Source: Hypanus sabinus (taxonomy: Eukaryota). Taken from it: a stretch of 64,000 nt of DNA. Both the position numbers and the translations under genes were made by a program. The notes beneath the pieces were generated by a model. It made no database searches. It had not been told where the DNA came from and was given only the letters and a program-made list of their open reading frames with translations. Below, one piece after another: positions 36,293 through 49,779 of this stretch (position 1 is the first letter of the stretch; every line of letters begins with the position of its first letter). The stretch lies in NCBI RefSeq assembly GCF_030144855.1, contig NC_082719.1, forward strand, positions 88,784,001 to 88,848,000, in the 5' to 3' direction.

Positions 36293-36716
36293 TCTCCTCC
36301 AAAAGGATCACAAACTTGTCATAGGCTTTGGAGGCTTGCACACCTCAGTGACTTGGAGAGCTATATTGGCTGGAGGCAGGGCCTCGTGATTTGCTCCTTT
36401 CTATGGTCACCTATGCCAAAAAGGTCAAAGGGTAGAAACCAGGCTAGGAGTGGTCCACCAGTTCTCCAGGTTCGGGGGTTCAGCTCGGGGCTAACAACCA
36501 TAACTGGTCAAATAAAGCTGTTACAGAAACAACAATGAAGAACCTTTCTACATCTGAGTGTGATGCCATTCCTGAGTTTTGGTCTGGAACTTGCATGACT
36601 AACAACATTGAAAACCAAGCTACTGACATGATGAAGGAAGCCCTATAAACCACCAGATATGCAGGACCTTCTTTGACGCCCTAAACACCATCAGTGTAAC
36701 AGGCAGTAGGTAGTAG
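36293..36716 (+). mobile_element. RTE-derived bipartite non-autonomous element, copy 2
   Basis: Collinear with 12775-13190; ends aggcagtaggtagtag. Confidence 0.65.
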
Positions 36717-36944
36717 TTAGGTGTATTCTGCTATTCTGAAACCAGTTTCTGTGCTGTTACTGGATATTACCTCTTGAGCTGCCCTGATGTGAAGGGAGCA
36801 AGGAAGCAATAAGAGATGTTTGAGGATTGTTGGAGTAGAAATATTTGGTGGGGTATAAGAAAATTAAGTATCAATATTGACAAATAGAAATCGGTATTAG
36901 GTGTGAAATGGTGGAGTTGAACATAGATCAATGCACAAGGAGAT

Positions 36945-37250
36945 AAAGATAAGCTTAATTAGTCACATGTACATCAAAGCACCGAAACATACAGCGAAAT
37001 ATGTCATTTGAATCAACAACCAACACAGCTCAAGGGCATCTCACAAGTGCCACAATGTTCCTGGCAACAACATTGCGCACCCACTATTTAGTATGCCTAA
37101 CCTGTACATATTTAGAATGTGGGAGGAAACCAGAGCATAGGAAGGAAATCCATTTGGTCATGGCAAGGATGTACAAGCTTCTTACAGGTGGGAATTGAAC
37201 CCCAATCACTGATGCTGTAAAGTGTTAAGCTAACTGCTATGTTACCATGT
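36945..37250 (-). mobile_element. V-SINE with alternative (non-CR1) tail
   Basis: V-domain plus tail gtcacatgtacatcaaa...catacagcgaaat, as at 45245-45540. Confidence 0.75.
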
Positions 37251-37254
37251 AACC

Positions 37255-37727
37255 TCAACAACAAATTCCTGATGGCCAGCCATTTCAATTTCTATTCCCA
37301 TTCCTATTCTGACATGTCAGTCCATGGCCTCCTATTTGGCATGATGAGGCCACTCTTAGAGTGGGAGTAATCTGTCATATACTGTCAAGGTAGCCTTAAC
37401 CTGATAGCATGAACATCAATTTCTCTTTCTGGTAATTTTTTTCTTTTTTTTCTCTTTTCCCCTCCCCTTTCGCTCTTTTTCTATTCCCCACTCTGGCATC
37501 TCATATCTTCTCATCAACTCCTTGTCGTGCCACTCCTTTTACCCTTTCTCCCATAATCCACTCTTCTATCAGATTGCTTCTTCTCCAACCCTTTACCTTT
37601 CCCACTCACACAGCTTCAACTATCACCTCCAGTTTGTCCTCTTTACCCTTCCCCATCTTTTAATACCAGTTGACTATTTTTTTTTATTTGGACAGATGCT
37701 GCTTGACCTACTGAGTTCCTCCTGCAT
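37255..37727 (+). mobile_element. PLE 3' fragment; hammerhead core deleted; runs into gap
   Basis: cattcctattctgacatgtcagtccatggcctcc (EN end), pyrimidine tract, gatgctgcttgacctactgagttcctcc. Confidence 0.8.
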
Positions 37728-37883
37728 NNNNNNNNNNNNNNNNNNNNNNNNNNNNNNNNNNNNNNNNNNNNNNNNNNNNNNNNNNNNNNNNNNNNNNNNN
37801 NNNNNNNNNNNNNNNNNNNNNNNNNNNNNNNNNNNNNNNNNNNNNNNNNNNNNNNNNNNNNNNNNNNNNNNNNNNNNNNNNNN
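37728..37883. other. Assembly gap (156 N)
   Basis: Run of n. Confidence 1.
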
Positions 37884-37885
37884 GC

Positions 37886-40800
37886 AGAAACTCTTAGAGA
37901 AACATAAAAACATAGCACAATACAGACCACTTGGCCCACAATGCTGTGCCGAACTTGTACTTACTTAAGAAATGACCTCAGATTACCCATAGACCTCTAT
38001 TTTTCTAAGCTCCATGTACCTATCCAGGAGTCTCTTAAAAAACCCTATTGTATCCTCCTCCACTACCGTCGCCGGCAGACTATCTCACACACTCACCACT
38101 CTCTGCGTAAAAACCTACCCCTGACATCGCCTTTGTACCTACTTCCAAGCATGATAAAACTGTGTCCTCTCGTGTTAGCCATTTCAGCCCTGGGAAAAAG
38201 CCTCTGACTATCCACATGATCAATGCCTTTCATTATCTTGTACACCTCTATCAGGTCACCTCTCATCCTCCGTTGCTCCAAGAAGAAAAAGGTCAAATTC
38301 ACTCAACCTATTTGCATAAGGCATGCTCCCCAATCCAGGCAACATTTGGTTGGTACTAACATTTTAGTAGCTCAAATATGGCAAATATATACATATCTCC
38401 TCTGCATTCTTTCTATAGTTTCCACATCCTTCCTGTAGTGAGGTGACCAGAACTGAGCACAATACTACAACTGGGGTCTGACCAGGGTCCTGTATAGCTG
38501 TAACATTACCTTTTGGCTCTTGAACTCAATCCCACAGTTGATGAAGGCCAATACATCATATGCCTTCTTAAACACACAGTCAACTTGCGCAGCAGGTTTT
38601 AGTGTCCTATGGACTCAGACCCAAAAATCACTCTGATCCTCCACACTTCCAAGAGTCTTACCATTAATACTATATTCTGCCATCATGTTTGACCTACCAA
38701 AATGAACCACCTCACACTTATCTAGATTGAACTCCATCTGCCACTTCTCAGTCCAGTTTTGCATCCTATCAATGTCCCACTGTAAACTCTGACAGCCCTC
38801 CACACTATCCACAACACCCCCAAGCTTTATGTCATCAGGAAACTTACTAACCCATCCTTCCACTTCCTCATCCAGATCATTTATAAAAGTCTTGAAGAGA
38901 AGGGGTCCCAGAACAGATCCCTGAGGCACACCACTGGTCAACAACATCCATGCAGAATATGACCCATCTGCCACCACTCTTTGCTTTCTGTGTGCAAGCT
39001 GATTCTGGATCCACAAAGCAAACCTTGCATGGGGTACCTTATTAAATGCCATGCTGAAATCCCTATTCGCTACATCTACTGTTCTACCTTCATCCATGTG
39101 TTTAGTCACATCCTCAAAAAATTCAATTTGACTCATAAGGCATGACAAAGCCATGCTGACTATTCCTAATCATATTATGCCTCTCCAAATGTTCATAAAT
39201 CCTGCCTCTCAGGATCTTCTCCATCAACTTGACAACCACTGAAGTAAGACACACTGGTCTATAATTTCCTGGGCTATCTCAAATTCCTTTCTTGAATAAA
39301 GCCTCCAATCCTCCAGAACCTCTCCCGTTCCCATTGATAATGCAAGGATTATTGCTGGAGGCTCAGCAGTCTCCTCCCTTGCTTCCCACAGTAGCCTGGT
39401 GTATTTCTCGTCTGGTCCCAGGGACTTCTCCAACTTGATGTTTTCCAAAAGCTCCATCACATCCTCTTTCTTAATTTCTTAGTTTTTTAGTCCACTGTAA
39501 ATAATCCCTACAATTGCATAGGTCCTTTTCCATAGTGAATACTGAAGCAAAGTATTCATTAAGTACCTCTGCTACCTCCTCCAGTTCCATATACAATTTT
39601 CCACTGCCACACTTGATTGGTCCTATTCTCTCACGTCTTATCCTTTTGCTCTTCACATACTTGTCGAATGCCTTGGGGCTATTTTCAATCCTGTTCTCCA
39701 AGGCCTTTTCATGTCCTCTTCTGGATTTACTAATTCCATTCTTAAGCTCCTTCCTGCTAGCCTTATACTTCTCTAGCTTTCTATCATTACCCAGTTTTTT
39801 TAACCTTTCGTAAGCTTTTCTTTTCTTCTTGATTAGATTTTTGACTCCCTTTGTACACCATGGTTCCTGTACCCTATCATCCTTTCTCTGTCTCATTGGA
39901 ACCCTCCTATGCAGAACACCACACAAATATCTGCTGAACATTTGCCACATTTCTGCCATACATTTCCCTGAGAACATTGGTTCACAACTTATGCTTCCTA
40001 GTTCCTGCCTGATAGCTTCATATTTCCCCTTACTCAAATTAAACAGTTTCCTAACTTGTCTATTTTATCTCTCTCCAATGCTATGGTAAAGGAGATAGAA
40101 TTGTGATCAGTATCTCCAAAATGCTCTCTCACTGAGAGACCTGACAAGGTTCATTTCCCAATACCAGATCAAGTACAGCCTCTCCTCGTGTAGGCTTATC
40201 TACATATTGTTTCAGGAAAACTTCCTGAACACACCTAACAAATTCTACCCTATCTAACCCCCTTGTTCTAGGGAGATGCTAATAAATATTGGGAAAATTA
40301 AAATCCCCTATCACTACAACCCTGCCATTACTGCACCATTCCAGAATCTGTCTCCCTATCTGCTCCCTGATACCCTTGTTACAATGGGGTGGTCCATAAA
40401 AATCACCCAGTAGAGTTATTGACCCCTTCTTGTTTCTAACTTCCACCCACGGAGACTGTGTACACAATCTCTCCTGACTTCCTCCTTTTCTGCAGCCATG
40501 ACACTATCTCTGATCAGCAGTGACGTGCCTCCACCTTTGTTGCTTCCCTCCTTGTCCTTTCTGAAACATCTAAAGCCTGACATTCTAAGCAACCATTCCT
40601 GCCTTGAGCCATTCAAGTCTCTGTAATGGCCAGCACATCATAGCTCCAAGTACTAATCCACGCTCTAAACATATCTAATTTGTTCATAATACTATTTGTA
40701 TTAAAATAGACCCATGTCAAAACCATCAGTCTGAGTGCATCCCTTCTCTATCACCTGCCTATCCTCCCTCTCACACTGCCTATAAACTTTCCTTATTTGT

Positions 40801-41312
40801 GAGCCAACGGCCCCTTGCTCTGTCTCTTCAGTTTGGCTCCTATCCTCCAGCAATTCTAGTTTGATCTCTCTCCAATAGCCTTATCAAACCTCCCTGCCAG
40901 GATATTGGTGTCCCTCGAATTCAAGTGCAACCCAGCCTTATTGTACAGGTCACCTCTGCCCCAAAAGAGGTCCCAGTGATCCAGAAATCTGAATCCCAGC
41001 TCCCTGCTCCTATCCCTCAACCATGCATTTATCCTCCACCTCACTCTACTCCTATACTCACTGTTGCATGGCACAGACAGTAATCCTGAGATTACTACCT
41101 TTGAGATCCTGCTTCTCAGCTTCTTTCCTAACTCCCTGTAGTCTGTTTTCAAGACTTCCTCCCTTTTCCTACCTATGTCTTTGGTACCAATATGTAGCAC
41201 AACCTCTGGCTCTTCACCTTCCCACTTCAGGATATTGTGGACGCAATCAGAAACATCCCAGACCCTGGCATCCGTGTGGCAAACTACCATCCGTGTTTCT
41301 TTCCTGCGTCCA
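37886..41312 (-). mobile_element. Degraded 5'-truncated CR1 LINE (esterase ORF1, ORF2 and tail)
   Basis: HIGTKDIGR..GLHLN; VIGDFNFPNI; LNEYFASVFT; LTSGVPQGSVLGPLLF..KFPDDIKLGG; RGDLIEVYKIMKG. Confidence 0.93.
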
Positions 41313-41699
41313 CTTGTGGTTAAGAGTTGTAGATATTCTCACTGTGGGATTTAGTATGCTGACATACTCACTGGCCTTGCCTCCATGTTGAAGGTTGATC
41401 TGCTTTGCTCCTTGCACCATTCTTCTTCGCCACTTCTTATTTCTGCTCCAGAGCTGATTTTGAAGACACTAGATCTCCAAATGTCTCTGAAACCAAGAGA
41501 AATTTCAGTATTAGTTAGACACAGCAATTATTGTCATTCAGTCCATTAATGAATCCCATGTAGGATTAGCTCAAGTAACAATTAATAACACATGGTGTTC
41601 AAGGTGATCAAACTTCAATGTTGCAATCTCCAATCATACAGCACTCCCTCTGTATTACACAGAGGTGCCAATTAACCTATTTCCTGATGTGGGGCTTTG

Positions 41700-43153
41700 A
41701 GAAGCCTGATTTTATCAAGTTCCCACCTGCTTTAAGAAGACCACTATCATTCCAATGTGTTCCTTAATGACTACCGCCTGGAGGGTTAGAATTTTATCAC
41801 CCCGAAGTGCTTTGAGAATCATGCCAGGCATGATTCCAGGCAACCTCGACATACTGCAGTTCGCCTACCAATTAAAAAAGGTCTATGGTGGACACCATCT
41901 CCCTAGCCCTACACTTATCTCCTTAGCAGCTGGACAATAATGACACCTACAGACTATAATGAGACCTTCAGACTATAATTTACAGACTACAAATCTTCCT
42001 TCAGTCCTATAATACCACACAATCATATTCTGGACCCTGGGAAAATCACAACATCCTGAAGAGCAGACTGGTCAATCAGGAGAGGGAAAAACGCATTCAC
42101 CACAATTATTCAAAATACAGGTGATCTATAAAGTTGAGGCCTCAGCCCCTACTCTACTCCCTATGTATTCCTGACTGTGTGGCCAGCTTCTGTCTAACAC
42201 CATATGCAGGTGTGAAGATGACATCACAAATAATGGGCCACATCTCAAATAATAATGAGTCAGAGTATAGGAAGGGGATAGAGAACTTAGTGACTTGCAC
42301 AAAATGTTGGAGGAATTCAACACGTCAGGTAACATCTATGGAAATGAATTAACAGTTAATATTTCAGCTGAGACCCTTGTTCAGCACAGGAAAGGAAGGG
42401 GGAAGATGCCAGAATAAGAAGCAGGGGGTTAGGAGAAGGAGTAATAGCTAGAAATTGACTTGTGAAGCCAAGTGGGTGGGGGAGGAGGATGAAATAAGAC
42501 ACTAGGAGGTGAAAGATGAAGAAGGTAAATGGCTAGAGAAGAAGGAATCTGATAGGAGAGGAGAGTGGACCATGAGAGAAAAGGAAGGAGGAGGGGCACA
42601 GGTGGGAGGTGATAGGCAGGTAAGAGATCCGTCCCTCTATGGTGGTATTACCTTCATACTTGGAGTTAGAACAGAAACTGGTCACACAGCAACAACAGTG
42701 TCTCTTCCACCTCAGGCGACTGAAGAAGTTTGGCATGAGCATCTAGATCCTCGAGACCTTCTACAAGGGCACCACTGAGAGCATCCTGACTGTTGTATCA
42801 CTGCCTGGTACAGGAAATGCACCAACTTTGATCACTGGGCACTGCAGAGAGTGGTACGGAGAGCCCAGCGCATCTGTGGATGTGACCTTCCCTCCACTGA
42901 GGACATTTATAGGAGCAAGTGCATAAAGAAGGCCTGGACGGCTAGTCACCCCAAACGTAAACTATTTCAGCTGCTTCCATCTGGGAAATGTTACTGCAGC
43001 ATTAAAGCCAGGACCAACTGGCTACAGGACAGCTTCTTTCTACAAGGCATTAAACATAAATACACATGTTTATGCATTGCAACAGAGTCACAATGCAAAG
43101 ATTTTTACTCCCGCACATTGTGGGATGGATATAAGATTTAAATAAATTCAAAT
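41700..43153 (+). mobile_element. Degraded Rex1/Babar RT region and tail, with nested PLE
   Basis: LDILQFAYQ; RRAQRICGCDLP..HPKRKLFQLLPSGKCYCSIKARTNWLQDSFF; 3'UTR similar to the reverse of 24860-24990. Confidence 0.8.
42298..42625 (-). mobile_element. PLE pLTR and spacer fragment inside Rex1
   Basis: cacaaaatgttggaggaattca...gagaccctt...purine-rich tract like 2560-2790. Confidence 0.75.
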
Positions 43154-43224
43154 TCACAGTCATGAGTGCACAGGGATTAGTGAACAGGGCTGAGGCCATA
43201 ACTTTGTAGAAACTTCCTAGAATG

Positions 43225-43355
43225 GGGAAATGAAGAAGAGAGAAGAGGGAGGAAAAATTTACCAGAATTTGGAAAAACATATCCATGCCATCAAGATGGA
43301 GGCTGCCTAGATGCAACTGAGGTGTTACTCTCCATCCTGAGAGTGGCCTCATCAG
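43225..43355 (-). mobile_element. PLE endonuclease C-terminal fragment
   Basis: catgccatcaagatggaggctgcc...cctgagagtggcctcatc, as at 2860-2935. Confidence 0.65.
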
Positions 43356-44409
43356 ACTGAATTTCAGATGTAAGGTTTTAAATTAGAATCTTCATATGCA
43401 GAAGTAAAAGTGCCTAGCATATTCACACAGGCAGTATTAAGATTGCATTAGCAATAGATTAACCATAGACAATACAACTAAGCAATATATAATAAGTTAG
43501 AGAAACAGAGGGAGAATACATTACAGAAACAGGAAGTTTCAGACTATTCTTCGAAGAAGAAAGTGCTGTCAGGATGACACGTTTATCCTCTTTCTTTATC
43601 ATATACGTATACAATTCAATAGTTCAATATTATTTTGTGGACTGCTTCTTCCTATTCTGCATTTTCTGTAATGAATGAGAATACTTTTCTCTTTCTTTTT
43701 AACCTCTGCCTACTTTCTGGAAGTCTTGGATGTGTTACAAGGCATTAAAATTGATTCATAACTGAGCAGCCTATTGGAAATGCTAGTAATAATTTTCTCC
43801 TCAACAAGCTGAAGAGCGTTTAATCAGTGCAATTAGCATGCAGCTGGCCAATCCAGCTTGGAATGAGGTACTTCAAAAGAAAATGGATGGAGAGAAGAAG
43901 AAACACAAAATCTAATTAAATGAAGGAATATTGTAGTTGACAGGTGATAACGTTTGAGGACAGAATATATTTCCTTGAGTAGAGAAAAGGAAACCTACCA
44001 ATGAAAAGATGTTTAGCAAAAACTGGAGGAAGCGGTGGAAGACCATCTCAAGCATGTGAAAAAAGCAGTCAACAGAGGCTAGTCCATCACAGGAAAAGCC
44101 CTTGTAGTGCTGCTACAAGAAAGTAACATACATCATCAAGGATTCCCAACATCTAGGCCATGCTTTCTTCATCTGGAATGAGGTACAACAGCCTTATGTC
44201 CTATATCATCAGGTTCAGGATCAATTATTACCTCTTCACCCTCAGACCATTTGGCCTACTGAATCTAGACTGAATGGTTTCAAGGGAAATTTATATCATG
44301 CTTGGAACTTCATTGAATTTGGGCTGTTCCTGTTAGTGTTACAGAGTGCAAAGTTGATTTCACTCCAAGTAAAATGCATTAGCTACTATTTCCACATTTC
44401 ACAAAATTA

Positions 44410-44760
44410 GAACATAGAACATAACAGCATAGTACAGGCTCTTCAGCTCATGATGTTATTCCGACATTGTGAGCTGAAGTACCTATCTAAGACTTCCTTT
44501 AATGATCCTAATGTATCTGCCTCTACCACCACTTCTGCAGGTTGCTCCATGTATCCATCACTCTATGTGTAAAAAAGCTTATCCCTGACACCCTCTTATA
44601 CTTTCCTACAATCACCTTAAAATTATGCTCCTCACTCCATCCGCCCCCACCCCCCCCATTCCCAGATTAGACTTTTTCATTCTGGAAAAAGGTCTCTAGT
44701 TACCCACCATCTATGTCTCTTATTATCTTGTACTGCTCTATAAAGTGACCCATCATCCTT
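44410..44760 (-). mobile_element. CR1 3' fragment
   Basis: (agaacat)n reverse tail; tatctgcctctaccaccac...accttaaaattatgc. Confidence 0.7.
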
Positions 44761-45244
44761 GATTGGATATGTATTACCTTGCTTGTCATTTTTCCAGCAG
44801 ACATGCAGCTATTTACATGCAGCTCAATTTTACGCCCACATCTATGCAAATTAGGACTCAAAATCTCCACGTTATTAGCAGGAGAATGAAGGGTCACAAC
44901 ACACACGAGATTTAAGGGGAGACTCTTTGATAATGCCAGGGCCTTTGACAAAGCAACTCTATGAGTCATTGGAGACTACTCATGCATACTTCTGTATAAT
45001 AGTGCTGTATTCAGATCAACAGTTATAAGGCGGAAGAGAAGGCATGGGAGAGATGGTGCAGATTAGTCCAAGAGCAAAGCTGGCCTTAGAAGGTGTTGCT
45101 GAAAAACATGGCAGAATGTTACCTCTGCACTGACATCCTCCTCTCCTCTCCTCTATAGTATTTTACAGGCGTTCAGGGTGATCTGGTGATGCTTTTGAAG
45201 TGATATGCATCAAAGTGATGGAAGCAGTGTTACACTTAAAGACA

Positions 45245-45540
45245 AAGATTTAGAAATTAGCTTTATTTGTCATTATGTACATCAAAACATACACTGAAAT
45301 GCTTCCTTTTCAATGAGGCTGTGTTGGGTGCAGCCTGTAGGTACCGCCATGCTTCTAGCGCCAGCATGGCATGCCCACAACTTACTAACTCGAACTGTAC
45401 ATCTTTGGAATGTGAAAGCACCTGGAGCACCAGTTAAAATTCCATGCAATTCATGGGGAAAAGAAACAAATTCCTTACAGACAGCGGTGGGAATTGAATC
45501 CTGATTTTGCAAGTAGCACCGTACAACACTATGACCACTG
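45245..45540 (-). mobile_element. V-SINE with alternative (non-CR1) tail
   Basis: ccttacagacagcggtgggaattgaatcc head; tail ttagctttatttgtca..gtacatcaaaacatacactgaaatgc. Confidence 0.75.
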
Positions 45541-46589
45541 CTGCATTGCTGTGGTACTGTTACTGAACCCATCCCCCCCCCCCCCACCTGTGTTGATCAT
45601 GTTTACAAATACTTATGATCAAAAAAGGCACACTAAAGGAATTTCAACAAGACTTCATTACTTTTTTTTTCTTCAAACCCCTTGTAGCAAAGGCCAACAT
45701 GCCATTTGTCTTCCTAATTGATTGCAGTACCTTTATGTTTATTTTTCATATTTCATGAATCAGCATATCAAGATCTTTCTGAACACCAATATTTAGTCAT
45801 TCCTCATTGTATAAAAATAAGGAAGTTGTGGCAGTTTAAAAGGGGGCTGCCAGAAATGAATGCATAGAGATATTGATCTTTTAATCTACTGTACTTGCAA
45901 ATTTCATGTAATTAATGATGGTTGTTGTTAATTAGTAGACCAAGTCAAATATGGAAAACATGAATAAGGTACAACTAAAATAGATTGATGATTATAATTC
46001 ACACAAGAGACAGCTTCCATCCTGCAGTTGATTTCTAAATGCTGATCAGGTATGGTGCATCACAGGTAGATCTTCAAGATGGAATGTAATCTGAAGTGCA
46101 CAGTACAAAATAACCACTTATTGGAAAAACATTTTTTATTTCATGCTTTAAATAGGTAGCTTTCAAAATAAGATAGCATTATAAAATATTACTTTTAGGA
46201 AATTAGGACCTCTACAAAGGGAAAGAGTTCTTACATAGCACAGGAGACATGAGCTGGAAGAGATGTTCATCCTTCTGTCCTGCCCATTGGTCATCAGGTA
46301 GAAACCACTGCATATGGAATATGGCATCTGTACAGAGGCTGTACCTTATAGATACTTTCAAAGTAGGCATGTTTCTCCTTTTTACCATCTCCATATACAA
46401 TAAGCTGTAAACACAAAAGATTTTGCAGATGCTGGAATTGTTGAGCAACACGCACAAAGGAGGAACTCAGCATGTTTGCTACCATGCAACATCTCTCTCA
46501 GCCTCATTTTCCTCTCCCACTAAGTTGTGCCACCTTGAGTCATTCATTTACTTGCACTTTTAGCCAAAACAAAAGGTTAAAAAAAGTCA

Positions 46590-47086
46590 TAAACACAAAT
46601 GATTCTACCAATGCTGGAAATCCCAAGGAACAGACAAAAAATTCTGAAAGAACTGAGCAGGTTAGGTAGCATCCATGGGGAGGAATAAACAGTCGATGTT
46701 TCGGGCCAAGAGCCTTTATCAGGACAGGATAAGAATGGGAAGAAACCAGAATAAGAAGGTAGGGGTTGGGGAAGGAATACAAGCTGGCAGCTGATAGGTG
46801 AAACTAAATGAGGGTGGGGGAGAGAGGATGATGTGAGACACTGGGGGATGATAGGTTGTAGAGGTAAAGGCAGAAAAAGGAATCAATTAACGAACCATAG
46901 AAAAGGAGGGGCACCAGAGCAAGATGATGGGATGAAAGAGGAACCAGAATGGGGAATAGAAAAAGAGAGAAGTGGAAGGTGCAGACATCATTGGAGGTTA
47001 GAGAGACATCAGTGTTCATGCCATCAGGATAGTGGTTTCCCAGACAGAATATGAGGTTTTCCTCCTCCAACCTGAGTGTGGCCACA
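46590..47086 (-). mobile_element. PLE 3' fragment with degenerate hammerhead
   Basis: ATLRLEEENLIFCLGNHYPDGMN; gtcctgataaaggctcttggcccgaaacatcgactg on minus strand. Confidence 0.8.
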
Positions 47087-48989
47087 TTTTTCTCTCTTAT
47101 TAATCAATTTCAATGAATTCTCAATATCAGTATCACAACACAACATTAGTGCAGCTGCAAAAATGGACTCTGGGAGTGAATCATGTCTGAAATGGGACAC
47201 AATCAAAGTAGAGTCATTATGCCAAAAACATCGGTAAAACTGCTGCAAATTGATACAAGACTTCATTCGCACAAGGTCAGGCATTGGACTAGCAGCTTGC
47301 AGAGGCTTAACTTGCCAGAGCCAATTCAAACAGGGATCAGAATAATCGTGAAGAGAATTTTGACCGAGGGCATCGAAATTGCTTTGAATGAATGATACCA
47401 TTTGAGTTTGAAAGAAATAGGAGCAAGTCATTCTTGTCAGCATTCAGGAGGTTTACATTAAATGTAGTTACAGTAAGAGAACTTTAAAAAGCTAGCCAAA
47501 AGTGGGCTGAATCTTAGACATAATAAAAACCATTAGTAAAATCCTTCTGTTTTGGGTAGAGATGTGCCAACTTCCCTCATGCAAAAGCCATCACGGCCTC
47601 ATGTCTTTTTCTTATATTGATTGCAATGATGAAGTCTACCACCAAAATTGGACCTACTTGCATCTAATTTCTGCTTGGGGCAATGCCCACAAAAAGAAAA
47701 AAATGTATAGTGAATTCTGACAATGTAACATAGAGAAGGATTTAGCAATCATTTGTTTTTGTGCAGAACATATGACAGGTGGTATTTCCGCTGATCAACT
47801 GAGAAGTGTATATTTTTAGTGTATTACAATTGAGTCATCTATATTAACAGAGAAGTACATAGGAATTGACTCAGTAAACAAATGAGTTCAGTTGGAATGC
47901 CTTTACGAGAGACACTTGAGGCACAAAGACTTCCACATCTGGGAACAAAACAAAGAAAATCATGGTGGAAGATTCTGCAATCTTTTGGCAACAGTTTGCC
48001 TTGTGAACAGATGCCAACAGAAGTAAGCTACCAAGACAAGCTTGAGTTCAAAAACAATAAATAATGAGTTAAAATTATATCAGAAGTTTATTGAAAATTT
48101 GAATTGCACCATAATGGAAATATAAGTACCTCAAGCAGGTAGATGACAATTCATTAAAATGTTGTTAATAATATGGTATAACTTCACACAAACTTCAGAA
48201 TGAAAGCAAAATGAATAATATTTAATGCTTCAGACTCTATAAGTGATTTACATTAGTTTATTTGTAATATTCTGAGCCCATGTCTGAAGTTAAACAGGCC
48301 GATCTTGGTATGTAACTGAACTAAACATTCAATCTGAAAAATCATAATTTGTTCCCAAGGTTACCATAAAGGATGGAAAAGAAAATCAGAAAATGCTATG
48401 AATACTCAGTAGGCCAGACAGTACCCGTGGAGACTGAAATAGTGGAAATGTTTCAGATCATATTTATATATATATAGATCAGAATTAGAAATGCATATAA
48501 GTTTGTTTTAAATAGCAGAGAGGGGGAGTGGTGGAGACCAAGATAAATCCATGGATAAGCCTTTCATCTGTTGCCAAGGCTCATGGCAAACTTTAGGAAA
48601 TCAACAATTTCAGCTAACTGCCGTTTCCTACTCTTTGCTTAATTGATCATTTTTGCCATGAAATCAACCTGTAAGAATAATGCAGTTTTTCTCTGTTCAC
48701 AGGTGTTTGTTGCCTTTTTTGTCATATTTCCAGCAACTGCTAATGCATCTTTTATGTTCTGTATTTTTTATTTGCTTTCCCATTGATTGCCCTCATTCAT
48801 ATTTCTCCTGGACAACTATTGCAGCCTATCTGTCACAAATGTTCTCTTTGTTCTCTCCCACCAACACCCCCCCCCCCCCAACAACCCACTCTACAGCTCA
48901 AAAGCCATTTGATTTATTTTACCAGGAGGGATATTGGGCCTTAGACTGAAACTCTGCTTTTCTCCTCACAGTTTCCAAGATGCTCAAAC

Positions 48990-49172
48990 AAACAGTCATC
49001 GTCAATTAGATCACATTTTTTCCTCATTCTGATGTTTGGTCTGAAAAACAACTGAACCTCTTGACCATGTCTGCATGCTTTTATGCATTAAGTTACTGCC
49101 AAATGATAGGCTGATTAAATGTTTGCATTAAGGAGCAGGTGTGTAGGCGTACCTAATAAAGAGGCCACTGAA
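48990..49172 (+). mobile_element. Tc1-like DNA transposon right end
   Basis: ggctgattaaatgtttgcatta..gagcaggtgt..aggcgtacctaataaagaggccactga resembles a fish Tc1 TIR (gtacctaataaagtggccactgagtg). Confidence 0.7.
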
Positions 49173-49779
49173 TGGGTTAAAGAGAAAATCGGAGTAAGGT
49201 TGGAAAGCAGATTGTCAGGGTTGCGGTTAGCCTGAGAATGACCATGAGTGCTGTTCCCCAGAGATCAGTACCAATATCACTACTCTTATTGATATGTATT
49301 AATGAGTTGATATAGAAGGTAAAATTTCAAAATCTACAGATGGTCTTAATCTTGAATAGATCCTGTAGTTGAGGAGGATATAGATAGGCTAGTAGAATGG
49401 AAAAACATGTGAATAATAATAAAGCAAAGTCTGAAGAAAGGACAAAAACAGATAACACAGAGTAAGTTCAAAGTTTGAAGCTCAAAGTAGAATTTATTAT
49501 CAGTGCACATAAATGTCAGCACATACAACCCTGAGATTCCTTGTCATAGCTCTAGTGGGTGAGCAGTAGATTCATTTACTGCTGGTTGTTTATTTATATG
49601 GATCATTGGAGATGGAGTAGGCATTGAGAAAGTAATTAGCATAGCATAGGATCCTTGGCTTCATAAATTACAGAAGTTCAGGAGCATTAGGGTATAAAGG
49701 GATCCTGGGTGCAAGTCCATTGCTCCTTGAAGGTCACAACACTTCTGTATACTCTTGTAGAACAAGTGTATGGCTTACA

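Noticed and set aside
37522-37968. ORFs spanning poly-X
   Set aside because: Artefacts of the N gap.
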